DNA from: Ginglymostoma cirratum | Taxonomy: Eukaryota | Direction of reading: 5' to 3' | DNA: 64,000 nucleotides | NCBI GenBank assembly: GCA_024137785.1 | Contig: JAHRHZ010000063.1 | Coordinates: 15,149,076 to 15,213,075, forward strand | In this document: positions 36,270-50,059 of the stretch, piece by piece | Position numbering within the stretch: position 1 is the stretch's first letter | How the letters are laid out: the number at the start of each line of letters is the position of its first letter | Notes under the pieces: model-generated | Told to the model about the DNA's origin: nothing | The model's database searches: none | What the model saw: the letters and a program-made list of their open reading frames with translations, nothing else | Program-made: the position numbers and the translations under genes

Positions 36270-37330
36270 TGATGGAAAAGGTCCTGCCTCTTCCCAAGCC
36301 CCTGAGTCGTGCAGAGATGATGCAAGCAAGCCTCTCTCTGGGTAAATTGGCACTTTCACCAATAACAGACCTACTGCAGAAATGCTCAGAAATGAACAGG
36401 TATCAGGATAATGTATTGTTTTTCATAATTGGCAGCAGCGTTGATGTTATTCTGATTCATCACGGGATCAAAGCAGAAATGGTCCAAAATGGGAGAAGAC
36501 ATCAAGGCATTTGGTAATTATTTCACTTCCAGTGCAATTCTACAGGAGACCAGGAGGCAAGGCGTCTATTCATTGCTTTATAAATGGATTATACCACCTC
36601 ACAGAGAGTTGCCATGAGGGAATATTGAGAAGTGAAATCATAAGAGACTCCATCATAGGAGGGGTGCTAAATGCAGCTTCTTCAAAATTCATATAGCCCA
36701 AAGAGGGCATTACATTGGCCCAATCAGAGCAGTTCACAAGACAGGCTAAAGTTTGCAAGCAAAGCAGCCTTTTTATCTACAGGAACAGGGAATCTTTCTG
36801 GGTAAGATCACTGATTCAGACTCAGTCCAGTTCATCAATCAGATAGCTTCTAATGTACCAACAGGATATCCTTTATTGTTATGTGAGATTGTCAACAAGA
36901 AAAGAGAGTAAATGTGAAGAGGGGACAGTCATGGCCACTGCTTCAAGTCCACATTGTAGTGGGCGAAACACCTCGTTGGTGCCAAATCTGTCCAGCCTTG
37001 TTGCTGAGTGCCACGCATGCCATTATGGAAGACTGTTCAAGATGGATTCTTGTTGTAGCAGAACACTTCCATCTACAGGACAAAACATTAAAAGCAGACC
37101 ACTCCAATCTGCAACTTTAAAGATGTAGATGGTTCTAAAGACCAGGAAATTTCTTCAGGACATCTACAAGAAGATTTCTGGCGTGTTGATATTGTGGCTA
37201 ATGACTGAAATACAAATTTTAAACTGTTTACAAGAGAAGATTTGTCCACCATTTTTGAGACCATGGATAAAGTTTCAAATTATTCAACCATGTCTGTCCA
37301 ACTTTATGGCACAAGAGATATCCTATTTTG
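36270..37330 (+). mobile_element. Gypsy LTR-retrotransposon gag-to-protease remnant (stops, frameshifts)
   Basis: FINGLYHLTESCHEGILRSEIIRDSIIGGV...ITLAQ (gag core like FINDLYRLAE.C.YG.L..E.IRD.IV.G); AECHACH zinc-knuckle remnant; FWRVDIVAN..TNFKL protease start. Confidence 0.72.
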
Positions 37331-37359
37331 GTGGGACAGCAAATGATATTACATTTTGA

Positions 37360-37582
37360 CATAATCCTTCAGTGCAGAACAAGGTCATGTGACCCATTGA
37401 GTCTGCATCAACTCTTTGAAGAGAACCTATCCAGACCCAGACCCTCCCACCACCCATCGCTATAAAACCACGTTCACCATGGTTAACCCACTTGGCCTGC
37501 ACATCCCTGGATACTATGGGGCAATTCAGTATGTCCAATCCACCAAATTGGCACATCTTTGGACTATGGGAGGAAACCAGAG
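37360..37582 (-). mobile_element. HE1/V-SINE-like SINE, 5'-truncated
   Basis: GGGGCAATTCAGTATGTCCAATCCACC...GCACATCTTTGGACTATGGGAGGAAACC, matching 57785-58123. Confidence 0.75.
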
Positions 37583-37735
37583 TTTTTGCTTTTCTCTTTG
37601 AAAATACTACAGATTATGTCAATGATGGTTGTCTATTATTGCTAAGGAAGATCAGCACGCGGTGGAACAAGTTCAGAAAACTGAATGAAAGATAAAGAAA
37701 CAAAGGTTAGAAAAAAAGAAACTTGCAGAATTATA

Positions 37736-37892
37736 GAGATAACAAGGTGCAGAGCTGGATGAACACAGCAGGCCAAGTAGCATCAGAGGAGTCAGCCTTC
37801 CTGCTCCTCTGATGCTGCTTGGCCTGCTGTGCTCATCCAGCTGTACACCTTGTTATCGCAGATTCTCCAGCATCTGCAGTTCCTACTATCTC
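37736..37892. mobile_element. Penelope-like palindromic insertion (subfamily A), hammerhead deleted
   Basis: 54-bp inverted arms 37738-37791 and 37804-37857 (4 mismatches), 12-nt spacer. Confidence 0.82.
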
Positions 37893-38179
37893 TCGCAGAA
37901 TGGAGGTTGGTTGGTAAATGCTTGAGAAAAAGGACTGCACAGCACTTTTTTTAAATGCATTAGAGTTATGCAGTGGTATCCAAGTTTCACGGTGGAAAAT
38001 GCTGACAGACAAACAATTACAACAGAATAGCAGGGATTGATGGAAGGAATAAATGGATTCTGATATCATCTTATATGCTAAGATTTACGAAAAGCTTGTC
38101 TGCAGAGTGTAGGGTTACAAAGTGCCACTGTAAGAGCTCCACAACATTAACTGCAGCTAGAAATAGAAGGGATTCAGCA

Positions 38180-38880
38180 GAAAGCAGACTTTGTTGCATA
38201 TAACTTGCTCATATCACTCTATAGTGTGGTGCCACTTCTTGAGTCCGCTGGACACTCAAAGAAGTTCTGTATCATCATTGCTCTCAACTTAACTATTTGG
38301 ATTTTTAGGCAATCACTGTAGAACTGCAAGGAAGTAGGAACAGCAGGAAGTAGGATTTCCGAGCAAAAGCAACACTCTTTCAGAACAAGAGTGCTTAGAA
38401 CATGTGCAAGGGGAATGTATCTCGGCAGAAACTGGCAGTCACACAACTCCATCATTATTCATGGTCTTCACCCAGCTCAAGGACGACATGCAGAAGGCAG
38501 GAGGATGAAAGAAGTATTTCACAGTCTCCCTGAAGACTTCTGTGAAGAAATGCTACATAGGTGACAATGCGTGGGAGACAGAAGAAAGTTCAGAAGAAAC
38601 TGACTTCAAGGAAGCTTCTGTATGAAGAGACATAATTCTTTGAGTACACCCAATGGTTGGATGAATTATGGAAAAGGAACCGGAGAAAGGAATGCTGATG
38701 ACTTTGAGGCCAGGGACCAATTTCTACTCCTGGAAACAATTGTCACATTGTGTTCAGAGATGACACTCTAGGATCGAATGCATCAGCCACACAAGGGCCA
38801 TAACAGAGCCCGTTATCTGTGACACGCAATTTCAGTGGCAGACAATCACATTCGTTAGGAAATGATTGCCGATGACAATA
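38180..38880 (+). mobile_element. Decayed RTE-clade LINE 3' part
   Basis: FTQLKDDMQKAGG..SLKTSVKKCYIGDNAWET resembles RTE C-terminus (L.G.R..GG..KR.KD.LK..LK.C.I....WE), followed by a SRI..ISHTR-like end. Confidence 0.65.
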
Positions 38881-39099
38881 TCCCACTTGATGGATTGCTT
38901 ATATGTGATTCCTAAAGAAAGGGCCTACGTGAGTCATTTGGGTGGGATTCAGTTTCAGTTAATTCTTACTGAGACCAGTCTCTCAGTCCATCCCTGAAAA
39001 ATAAGCCTGCTGAATGCTTGCAATCACTGATGTTTAAACTCCAAATTTCATTTCAATGCCCTTGTTCCTCTACCTGTAAGAGGTTGTGAGTTTGAAAGG

Positions 39100-39275
39100 T
39101 ACTATGGAAGGAGCATTGGTGAATTGCTATGGTACATCATGTGTATGGAACACACTGCTGCCAGTATATATTGGCAGTGGAGTAAGTGAATGGAGAATTT
39201 GGAGGATTGAGTGTCAGTCAAGTGGACTGTTTTGTCCTGGATGGTGTCAAGTTTCCTGACTGTTGTTGGGGGCAA
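39100..39275 (-). mobile_element. LINE family B fragment
   Basis: KLDTIQDKTVHLTD...LAAVCSIHMMYHSNSP in ORF 39102-39569. Confidence 0.65.
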
Positions 39276-41389
39276 TTGGGAAGTAGATGAAAGTGGTGGT
39301 GGTAATGTCACTGGACTAGTAATCCAGTAAATCCAGGCCAATTGATTTGAATTACACCATGTTAATAAAACTCTGGAGTTAAATGCTGATTTAATGTTAA
39401 TAACACAACCATGCTGATTATAGTAAACACTTGTCTGGTTCATTAGTAGTCCATAGTCTCCAATAGGCACACAGTTGTTATGGCAGCATAGTGTCATGTG
39501 TGGGGACTGTCTGGATCCCAATCGTAGCAGACTCTGAATGTCCGTAAAATGGAAGATTCTGCTGGGCAATTCCTCTACACTTTAACTCTCTGAAAGTATT
39601 GATTTAATACAGCGGATTCTGATGAAATTAATGAAATAATTACTGAGAAAATGTTGCACAGCCTAACCCCTGAGTGACTATTCAACTCACCCTATACATA
39701 TCTCAAGCATGCCTGATTATACCTCTGCCAGACCACTTACACCATTCAGGCCCTAACCTGACATCCCCTTCCCTCCCCCATACTGTTACCAGGCAAGACA
39801 CCTGTGGCTTCTGCCCATCACTGGACACAATTCTTCCAATTGACTTCATCTACCTTAAATGGCACCGTACCACTGGCACTCACCCTCCTTCGCACTTAGT
39901 AAGCTATTCAATTGGCACACTACCCACTGGTATTCTACCCCCCTCCCAGTTGGCAGCATATTCTTTTGCCATCCTAGCTACTGTCTGTCTATCCAGCCAC
40001 CACCCTACCTTACCTGGGATTCTATCTCCAAACCATCTGATATCCTATTCCCTGACCACCTACCTATCTGTCCCCTTCCTTACCCAACTCACCCGTCATC
40101 CTACTGTCCCAGCACCATAACATCACAACTAAATTTTGATACTTCTTGTTTGACAGCCCTTGTCAAAGTGTATCTGTGATCTTTAACATCAGAATATGGC
40201 AGCTGGCTGCTCTGAAAGTGGGGGTATAGTGTCCATTCCCCTGACAGGTTTGTATTCCAAAAGAACTGAAAGAACAGAAGCATGGCTCCAAATTTCTGAA
40301 TGAGCACACATCGGAATTTCCTGCAGAAAAAAATGTGAGTGGCATTCTGCAGAAGAATGCTCGGAAAATCTGAGCCAATGTCTTTTCAGGAATGAAGTCT
40401 GCTGTCCTTGCCGGGTCTGGCCTACATGTGACTCCAGGCCCCACAGCAGTAGGGTTGACTTGTAACTGCCATTCAAATCAAGGGCAGCTAGTGCTAGGCA
40501 ACAAATGCAGCTTTCACCAGCGATGTCCACTCACATATAAGAATCATTGTCTGAAAACTTGTGCCTCGTAGATGTTGGACTGGCTTATTAATTAATAACA
40601 GGAGACTGTTCCTGGAAGGTCCAGTAGACAGATTATGGAGATTTTTTTTTACACAATGAGTTGTTATGATCTTGAGTGTACCACCTGAATAGGGGATGGA
40701 ATCTGATTCAATAGTCATTATCAATACTGAATTGAATAAATGCATGAAAGGGAAAATGCAGAGCCATGGAGAAACAGCAGAGAAGACAGACTAATCGGAT
40801 AACTCTTTTACAGGCACTTCTTCTGGGGTATGTGACTCTCTGATACTCCTGAAGTTTACAGAATAAAAGGAGATCACTTAACCCATTGTTCCATTTGCTA
40901 ACTTTTAGGCTACCATATCCAAAAATTAATCTGTCTGTCTCACACTCATCATATTGCCAAACATCTTCTTCTGCTTTCAATTTTTATTTAGTCTTTTAAG
41001 AAATAGAAATGTCTTCAAAAAAGAGAGGAAAACTTAAATTTATTTAGAACACCCCACAATTTCACAACATTACAATGTGGTTTACAATCAATTAAATCAT
41101 TTTTTAAGTATTGTCACTGTTGAAAATTCAGAAGTAAGTCAACTATTTGTCCACAGTAAACTCCAAACAAAAGCATTAGTACTTTATGTCCTGTTAATCT
41201 GTTGATTGAGAAGTCAATGCTGTCCAGGACACCAGGGCTCCCTATTCTTTTACAAAATAGTGTCATAAAATATTTTCTATCCATCCAATGGAGCAGAACG
41301 CACCTTGGCTTACCATCTCTTCCATAAGAGAGTCCCATCAATAGTACAAAATTACATTAATACTTTATCACAGTATCTGCAACTGCTAT

Positions 41390-41550
41390 AAAACAAAGAA
41401 CTGCAGACGCCGAGAATCTGAAACAACAGAAATTGTTGAAGAAACTTACAAGGTCTGACAGTGTCTGTGGAGAGAAAAAGCACAGAGTTAATGTTTCAAA
41501 TCCAGTGACACTGTTCTGACGAGCTATCGACCAGCACTTTCTGTTTTTAT
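41390..41550. mobile_element. Penelope-like pseudo-LTR fragment (subfamily B)
   Basis: AAAGAACTGCAGACGCCGAGAATC...GAGTTAATGTTTC, followed by an inverted piece. Confidence 0.65.
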
Positions 41551-41589
41551 TTGAAACTGATAGTAGCCTTAACACCATCTTCCTGCCAA

Positions 41590-44270
41590 CCCATAACATT
41601 TAACTTTCATGTTGATCAAGAACCTGCCTTACTGAATCTTGAATATTTTCAACGACTCGTCCTCTTTTATTCTCTAAGAAATTAACTTGGAAAGTAGTAA
41701 CACTTCTGGGAGAAAAAAAATCCTCCACATTTTTAAATTATTTCTATAGTTCTAAACATTATTAAGTGGAAAACGTGCTGTCAGAATACATCTGTAAAAT
41801 CCTCTCAAAATGGGATCTGTTTCCATCGGCTCACTGTTTATTCATGTAAACATCAACTAACAAACTTAAATTCAACCTGTTCTCTTAAGTCAATCCTGTC
41901 ATCTAAGGAATTAACCCAGAAATTTTCCCCTGAATTGCATCCAATGCAAATATATCTGTCCTATAATCAAGAGGCCGAAACACAGTATTCCGCATTTGAT
42001 CTCACAAGTGCCAGTACAGTTATAAGAAGACTTGTCTAATTTTAAACAGCATTGCTTACAATATAGATCAGAAATCCCTTTACTGTCCTAATTGTTCGCT
42101 GTAGCTGCACATTGGCATTTTATTATTCATGTACAAGAACACCCAGATCATTCTGACCTGCAACATTCTGCAGTCTCCCTCCATTTAAGTAACATTTTAC
42201 TTTTCTGTCCTTCCCAACAAAATGACAGCATTACATTTCCTTGCAGTATACTCCATATGGCAACTTTCTTTTTACCCATTACCAAACATCGGTGGAGGGA
42301 GTGTAGGTTTGTGGATGTGATGCCAATCAAAAGCGTTGCTTTGTCTTGCATGATATCAAGCTTCTAGAGTGTTGTTGGAGCAGTACCCATTGAGGCAAGT
42401 GGCAACTATTCTATCACACCTTGACTAATGCCTTGTAGATGTTGGACAGGGTTTGGCGAATTAGGAGGTGAGCTACTCAGTGCAGTATTCCTAACCCCTG
42501 ACCTGATCTTGTAGCCAGTCAGTTTCTGGTCAATGGTAATCCCCAGGATGTTGAAAGTGGGTGATTCTGTGATGCTAATGCTATTGAATGTCAAGGGGCA
42601 GTGGTTAGATTGTCTCTTATTGTAGATTGCCTAACATTTGTGTGGCTCAAATACTATGCAGTTTACTGTGTGCAAATCTTACTTGCTATTTTTCAGCCCA
42701 AGCTGCACGATTGTCCAGGTCTTATTGCATATGAACATGGACTGCTACAGTATCTGATGAGTTGTGAATAATGCTGAACAGTGTGCAATCATCAGCAAAC
42801 ATCCCCACTTCTGACCTTATGATGGAGGGAAGGCAATGGAGGAAAACAGTTAAGTCTAGGATATTAGCCTGGGGAACTCTAGCAGAGATGACTTGGAGCT
42901 GAGAAGACTGACATTCAACAACATGTGCCTGAAATGACTCCACCTATTGGAGAGATTTCCCGAGATTCCCTATGATACCAGTTTTGTGAGAGCTCCTTCC
43001 TTCCACACTCAGTAAAATACAAACTTGATGTCAAAGTCTTTCAGTCTCATCTCACCTCAGGGATTCAGCTCTTTAGTCTTTGTTTGAACCAAAGCTATAG
43101 CTGTATCTATTTCCGCACTCCCCATATCCACTTCACAACTTAGCTCCCTAACTAACTTTGTGTCATAACCATACATTCAAGTTTCTTCATTCAAGTCAAT
43201 AATACAAATTATAAATCGTTGAACCGTAGCACTGATCCCTGTCGCACTTGACTAGCTACAGCATAACAACTTGAAGATAGCCCATTTTTTCTAACTCTCT
43301 TTTTGCTGTGAGCTAACCTATTCTGTATCCATGCCATTATTACCTCCCGCATGGTGACCTCCCACTTTTCACAAAAGCTGTTGATGTAACTCTATCAAAG
43401 TTTTCTAGAAATTTATGTACAATAATGTTCGCCTTAATCTATATTGTTTGTTCCCTCTAAAAAGAGACTCTAATAAATGAGTCAAACATGATTTCTCTTT
43501 TACAGAATGATGAATAATGTTGTTTCTCCTTCATTACATTGAGATTTTCTAAGTGCCCCATGATGTTCCTCTTTATTAAAAAAAACTCAGGTTTTGCTAT
43601 GACAGATTTTAACACAACTGATGTGCAGTTTCCATTTTTCTGTGTCCTCCATTTCTTGAATAGAGGAGTGCTATTTTCCAAGCTGGTGGGTACTTTCCAG
43701 AATCTTGGGTATATTGGAGAATTAAAATCAATTTATTTCCTATTCTAGCTCCCACTTCTTTTGAGACCTTAGAATGAAGTCCATCAGTATCTGGGAAACA
43801 AATAAGCTTTTACTTCTCATAATTTTCTTAGTACCCTTTCCCTGGTGATCGTAATCATTTTAAATTCCCCTCTCTGTTTCACCTTCCAATAGGCAAATAT
43901 TTCTATGATATTAGTTATATCATCTATAATAAATATGGATGCAAAATATCTGTTCATTTCACTTGCTATCTCCTTATTTTTCCACTCTTAATACTTTAAA
44001 TTCACTTGCTCAAGAGCCAACACTCACTTTGCATACTATTTTCCGTTTGAAATACAGTATAAGCTCTTACGGTCTGTTTTTATATATCCAGGTATATTTT
44101 TCTTGTACTTTAATTTCTCCCTATATATTCATTTTTTTAAAAAAAATCTTCGCTGCTCTTTGTATTCTGTCAATTTTTCTCACTTATCATGCATCTTTGC
44201 AGAATTATATGGCATTTTTCTTTAAATGTGGTTCTATCTTCAAATACTTAAGTTAGCCTTTATCCTCTAT
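41590..44270 (-). mobile_element. Very decayed CR1 LINE with nested family B LINE (about 42290-43095)
   Basis: TPLFKKWRTQKNGNCTSVVLKSVIAK (ORF 43457-43681); nested IIRSEVGMFADDCTLF (ORF 42722-42943). Confidence 0.75.
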
Positions 44271-45039
44271 TTGAAGTCTCGCTTCCAATATTAAGTACCA
44301 CTTTTTCATTCAAGATCAGCAAAAGTATGCATTAATTGTGACTGCATTATCCTCTGACAATGCAAATGTGTTGAATATGATCTGCTGGCATTATAGTCAT
44401 TTCCAGAAATATTTTCTTTGAATTAATTGCAATTCGATGCCCCTCTTCCTTTTGCCAATTATATCTCTGCCTAAAGTTGTAAGATACACGGTTAACTTTC
44501 AGGTGTTATATCCAAGCATCACTTTAGTTAATTCTGCATTAACTTGGATTGCTTGCTTTATGTTCGCCTTATAGCAGTCAATCATTTAAAGGCATGTTAA
44601 TTACAGCGTGGTGATCTAAAGTATGGTAAAATTTAAGGCCAGCTTTTAAATGGATTCTACTTAAACTTTGCATTAATTGTCTTCATTTCTTTTCAACATG
44701 GACATAAAACAGTTTAGTTAGAGCTAGGTTGAAGCAGAAGAACTTTGTAGAAGTCTTGTCATATTTTTCTTCAAGTCATTTTCACATAAGGCGTAATAAA
44801 TACAGGCATAGTAGTTTTCCTTGCTTAGCTTTCTCATTTCTCTCAAGGTTAGACATCTTCTGACTGTCTTCAAGTGAGCGTGTGATGTGAAAAATGTCTT
44901 TCCTCTTCCATTTATGGGATATGCTCTGTTTGCTGGCTGCCTGTTTTCCTTTAATATGGAGAGCTTTAGGTAAAAATCAAATTTGTACCAATATTTGAGT
45001 ATACAAGTGTTAGATGTGTGAAATTGGAAGCATTTGAAG

Positions 45040-47710
45040 ATAGAATCACATTGAAAGAAAAATGACATGTAAAGGTCAGTGACAAGTGAGAACAATTGAC
45101 AAAGACCAACAAAGATGATTCTTGAAAGAACGTGCAGGGAGAAATTAAAGTATAAGAGAAAGCTACCTGGATATATAAAGACAGACAGTAAGAGTTTATA
45201 CCCTATTTTAGAAGAAAAATAGCAAGTAAGGTGAGTGTTGGTCCTTGAGACCCAGCTAATATTGGGCCTTGGGTCACAATCTTCACCATGTGGGTGTGTT
45301 TTGTTCTTCTTATGAATATCATTAAACAGTGTGACAACAGGGAGGCCTCAAAGGTCAGTAAAGTAATTGAAGGGGATTGGATGGAAGTGAGAGACAGTGC
45401 CATTGAGAGTAGAGCAATTCAGGGCAGGAAGATAATGTTGAACAAAATGAAGAGGGTGGCAATGGTTAGAATAGAAGAAGATTGCAATATGATTGAGGGG
45501 TAATTGAGGGATCGGGGTTGTTATTGCACAGATCACGTGCAGTGACCAGTTGCAGATAAATAGTAATTATTGTTTAAACATCTAACAATTTTTGGTTTGT
45601 ATCTGCCTGTTATCAAATCTTCTTTTCATCTTCTCTGCTGCAAGGACAACTGCACCAACTTCTTCAATCTTCAGCTGAATTTCCTCTTCCCTCGAACTGT
45701 TATTGTGCATCTTATTATTGGCCCTCTCCTTAATGCTTTCACATCCTTCCCAAAGTGAGATGTCCGGAACTGGAAACAATACACTCCTCTTGAATAAAAA
45801 CTGAAAGAACTGCAGCTGCTGGAAATCAGAAACAAAAACAGAAATTTCAGGAGAAGCTCAGCTGGTCTGGCAGCATCTGTGGAGAGAAAGCAGAGTTAAC
45901 GTTTTGGTTCCAGTGACCCTTCTTCAAAACTGATGGTAGCTAGGAAAATGTTGGTTTATATTCAGAAGGTAAGGTGGTGGTGGTTGGAGGTGGTGGGGTG
46001 GGGGGTGGGGGCTAGGTTTGGTAAGGAGAAAACAATAGGTGGATATAGAGCCAAAAGACAGAAAAAGGCAGTTGGACAAAGAAGTGGATAACAATCAGGT
46101 TAGGTGGTGAATAGCTGTTACTCCACTTGAAGCCAATACAGAGTTTTTCACAATATCTTTCCTTTTGTACATTATGCCCCTATTTATAAAGTTTGGGATT
46201 TATCAACTTGTCACCCACTTTCTCAGTATACCACACTGCCTTAAACAATTTCTGCACATATATTCCCAGAAGTCTCTGTTCCTGCACTCCCTTTATAATT
46301 GTACTCTTTATCTTGTATTGCTTCTTCTCATTCATCCCATATAAATGTCCCACTTTTCACTTCTTTGTCTTATATTTCAATTACAACTTGTCTGCCCATT
46401 AAAGCGGTTATTGGAGAAATCTGGAAGTTCAATCCTACTATCTTCACACTTCATGACACATGTAAAGTTTGTGGCAAGCACAAATTTTGAAACTGTGTCC
46501 AGTGCACCAATGTTTGATCATTAATAAAGATCAAGAAACTCTGTGGTCTCAGCACCAAATCCAGGGGATCCCCACAGCATACTTTCCCTCCAGTCTGAAA
46601 AATGTGTTCACTGCTAATTTCTGTTCTCAGTCTTTCAGCGAATTGTGTCCGTAATGTCACCGTCTCTTTTATTCCATGGGTTTCACCTTTGCTGACAAGC
46701 TTATTATGTGGTGCTTATCAATGCCTTTTGAAAATATATATCACCTGCACTACCATCATCAACCTTCATTGTTACAGCATCAAAAAAATCAAGACAGTTG
46801 ATAAAACACAATTTCCTTTCACAAACGTATGCTAGTTTTCCATAATTAATTCAAATTTGTTCTAGCAACAACCAATACTGTCTCAAACTGTCATTTTTAA
46901 AAGATTTCCAAAAGTTTAAGATAAACTGAGTGGCCTGCCTTTGCTGCACATTATCCAGATGTTTGTTTTTTGAAACGAGGGTATCATATTTGCAATTCTC
47001 GAGTCATCTGATACGGCCTTTGTATCTAAAAAGGGTGGAAGGTTGTGTTCGGTGACTCTGAAGTTTTCACTTTTAAATTTTTTCTGTATATTTGGATGCA
47101 TCTCATTTGGTCCTGGTGGTTTATTAACAATAAGTACAGGCAGGCTTCCCAATACCTCATTCTGTTGTTTGAACAGCTGCTCACAGATAAGGTTGCTGCA
47201 AACCTTCTTCTATAAGCGTGGAAAACTACAAGGCTCGTTTAGTCTAATGTGGTAAAGGACAAAATTTCTGGGTCTAACTAGAAGATTCTCCTCAAATTAA
47301 GAATATATAGTTTATTGAATGTTAGCAACTCGTTACAGGTTATGTTGATAGGATAGACATGTTTCCAAAGACTTTGAGAAGAATCAGGTGTTTGGTCTCA
47401 CTCCTTTGAGATCGTGAACTATTCTGTGCATAAGTCCTCATGATATCATCATAGTGAGTGGCAGTTATGACAGTCCCTCAGTATTAACTTTTTAAAACAC
47501 TTTTAGATGGACGAATAACATTTTTAGCCATTCCGATTGCTCAATCAGCTCCTCTGTCACCAAGACTTTGACAACATCTTTTTGCAATAAACTCATTCAC
47601 AATCGCAGCTGTGCCCCTTGCCTCAATGAAGAAATCTCCTTTTTGGTTCCTAATCACCCATGTAGTTCATTTACCACTCTTTTAAACACATATTTCTATC
47701 AAAGACTTAC
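45040..47710. mobile_element. Cluster of decayed CR1 fragments (plus at about 45040-45500; minus at about 45570-47710) with nested insertions
   Basis: DSKSLY..RRKIASKVSVGP on plus; KPPGPNEMHP and IANMIPSFQK on minus (ORF 46916-47152). Confidence 0.65.
45795..46119 (-). mobile_element. Penelope-like pseudo-LTR (subfamily B), longest copy
   Basis: 12-bp TSD ACTCCTCTTGAA/ACTCCACTTGAA at 45783-45794 and 46120-46131; degenerate hammerhead TTGAAGAAGGGTCACTGGAACCAAAACGTTAAC on minus strand. Confidence 0.8.
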
Positions 47711-47715
47711 AGTTA

Positions 47716-47801
47716 AGGGTCTAGGCCCAAAACGTCAAGTTTTCCTGCTCCTATGACGCTGCTTGGCCTGCTGTGTTCATCCAGCCCCACGCCTTGTTAT
47801 C
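47716..47801 (+). mobile_element. Short Penelope-like insertion (subfamily A)
   Basis: 8-bp TSD TACAGTTA at 47708-47715 and 47802-47809; starts inside hammerhead stem II. Confidence 0.78.
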
Positions 47802-48107
47802 TACAGTTATTGTAAGTTGCTTGAAGAATGCATTTTTGGGACAAAATTCAGCCTCTGTTGGTTTATTTTGTGTTCCCTTTTGCTTCCTGTAAATAAAAGC
47901 TCATGTTCGGATTTGATGGATTGTTTGCCTGTGTATGATGCTCCACTGGACAGTGTTATGCCGTGCGTGTCCAGTGGGCATAGGGACAGGGTCACACTGA
48001 CTTAGAGAGTGTTCAGAGGGGATGTAATTACAGTCAGGTAAAGATGATGGTGTGGTGGTTAAGTGGTAACCTGGATGAGAGAATGGGGTTTACTGTGTGA
48101 GGGAATG

Positions 48108-48196
48108 TGTCACTGCACCCAAAACGTGAACTCTGATTTCTCTCCGCAGATGCTGCCAGACCTGCTGAGCTTTTCCAGCAATTTCTGTTTTTGTTG
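48108..48196 (+). mobile_element. Penelope-like pseudo-LTR fragment (subfamily B)
   Basis: GTCACTGCACCCAAAACGTGAACTCTG...CAGATGCTGCCAGACCTGCTGAGCTTTTCCAGC. Confidence 0.7.
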
Positions 48197-50059
48197 AAGC
48201 ATATTTGTCTGTTTATTTCTCCCAGACATTTCTAATGTTGCATAAACTTTGTTTATGTTATGGCCTTAATACAATCACAATGCATTATTCTACAGACTGG
48301 AACATATTGGTGAAATAGGCATCTCCACTTAAGGGTAAAAATGATTTTATTAACACTGTTCCATTGTCAAGTAAAATGCCTCTACAATTTATGTCATGTT
48401 TCACATTGCTTCAACAACATTTTCTCAAATTGTGGACACTTTTTTAAAAAATCAAATTCAGTTTCTGGTCTTTTTGTTTCAGACAAACATGTAGACCAGT
48501 ACCCTTCTAGCAGCTTTTTTTTTTAATACGTTCAATAAACTTGTAATTTAATTTGTCTCAGTCTTCCTGCAAGAGTCTAATTGTGCTGTCATCCATTTGA
48601 AGACTGCATCTAACTGTGAACAATGAAGTTCTAGCAGAGCTCAGCACAGTGATGCACAGAGATACATCAGAAAACACAGCAGGAGGTTTTATTCACACAC
48701 CACAGCTGTGGAAACTGTTTGAACTGAAACGTTGCTACAGCAGTTATGATCCAACTGTGCTCTAAGGATTATTAAAGTCTGCATGTATAGAGAAGGAAAA
48801 TGGACACCCCAGATGATTAAAACATACTTACATGTTTTTCTGTGGGAAACTCAATGGCAGCAGCAGCAGTCCTTTCCGTTGCGGTAAAGCATACAAACTG
48901 GTTTAGTTCTGTCTTCCAAGTTCAGTACAGTTTGTGAATGTCTTGCTTAGCTCTTTCAGCATGAACAGTGAACAAAATGAATTTTCTCAAACAGCTAGTG
49001 CCCATTGCCAGTAAACTGATTTGTGGGAGCATTTTTTTCTGAAATAACTTTTCCAAGGGACTAAGCTTCTGGTGAAGAGCTAGCGCTTGCACCAAAAAAG
49101 ATCTTCTTCGGAGGTATTTCCATTACAGACAGCATATTATTCAAAAAGACTGGCGATCACAAAGCAAGCTGAATTCCGCATCAAATTCATAATGCAGGCA
49201 AATGTTATATCTTGATACTTTTCTGATGCATTTAATGTTCTTTCTTCATATTTAGCAAAACTGTTTGCAGCAGAAGATAGAAGCCTATCAATTGCTTGTG
49301 TTAATATCATTTAGAGCTAAACTAGCTCAAGGGTCTGAATGACCTACTCCTGTTCCTATGGTCTTACGTGTGCTTCCAGCACAAAGGTGCAGCTTCTGAC
49401 AGAGCCAATCGATTGTGAGTTTCATACATACGATTTCACAAAATTTAACTTTAAAATGCAGGTATTGGTGTGGCAAACTGTGGAAACTTTGTACTTCATT
49501 TCCTAGTTTAAGTAAATAGAGCGATACTTGCACTAAAGAAGCTAGCAAAGCTTACTAACATGCTCATTCATTATTGACTGTAATTTTTAAGCTTTAATAG
49601 ACAAGGCAATTATATCATTCTTCATGATTTGCATCTTTCTTACAATAAAAAAAATGTATCTTTTAGGGCACATTAAAGCTGATAAACATTATTTAGATAC
49701 CTGATGGCACACTTGCCACAGATCAAAGGTGTTTTTACTTCAGGCCTTGCTAAAGGAAGCCAAAATGTAAACCTAGGTTTGTGTTACATTGGAACACAGC
49801 TGTCCATTTTGGTTACCCTGCTGACTGGAAACCAAATGGAAAAGAACAGTCAAGCTCATAGCAGATCTTTTCTCTGTCCATTTCTTTTGCTGAACAAGGG
49901 TTTCCCTTTGTAAAGTTGAGGCATGCCTGTGGATATGGTTACAAGTTACCCTGGGGTAGGGGTCAGGTATCTTTGGGAGAGGAGGAGATTTCTGGTAATT
50001 TGGGAAGAGGGCTTGGGGGTCATTTAACTGTAGAGAAGGTGTGCTTAGTAGCTGATAAA

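Noticed and set aside
48832-49038. Minus-strand segment bounded by TTTCAG acceptor and GTAAGT donor
   Set aside because: Stops in all three frames and no recognisable product; a non-coding exon cannot be supported from sequence alone.
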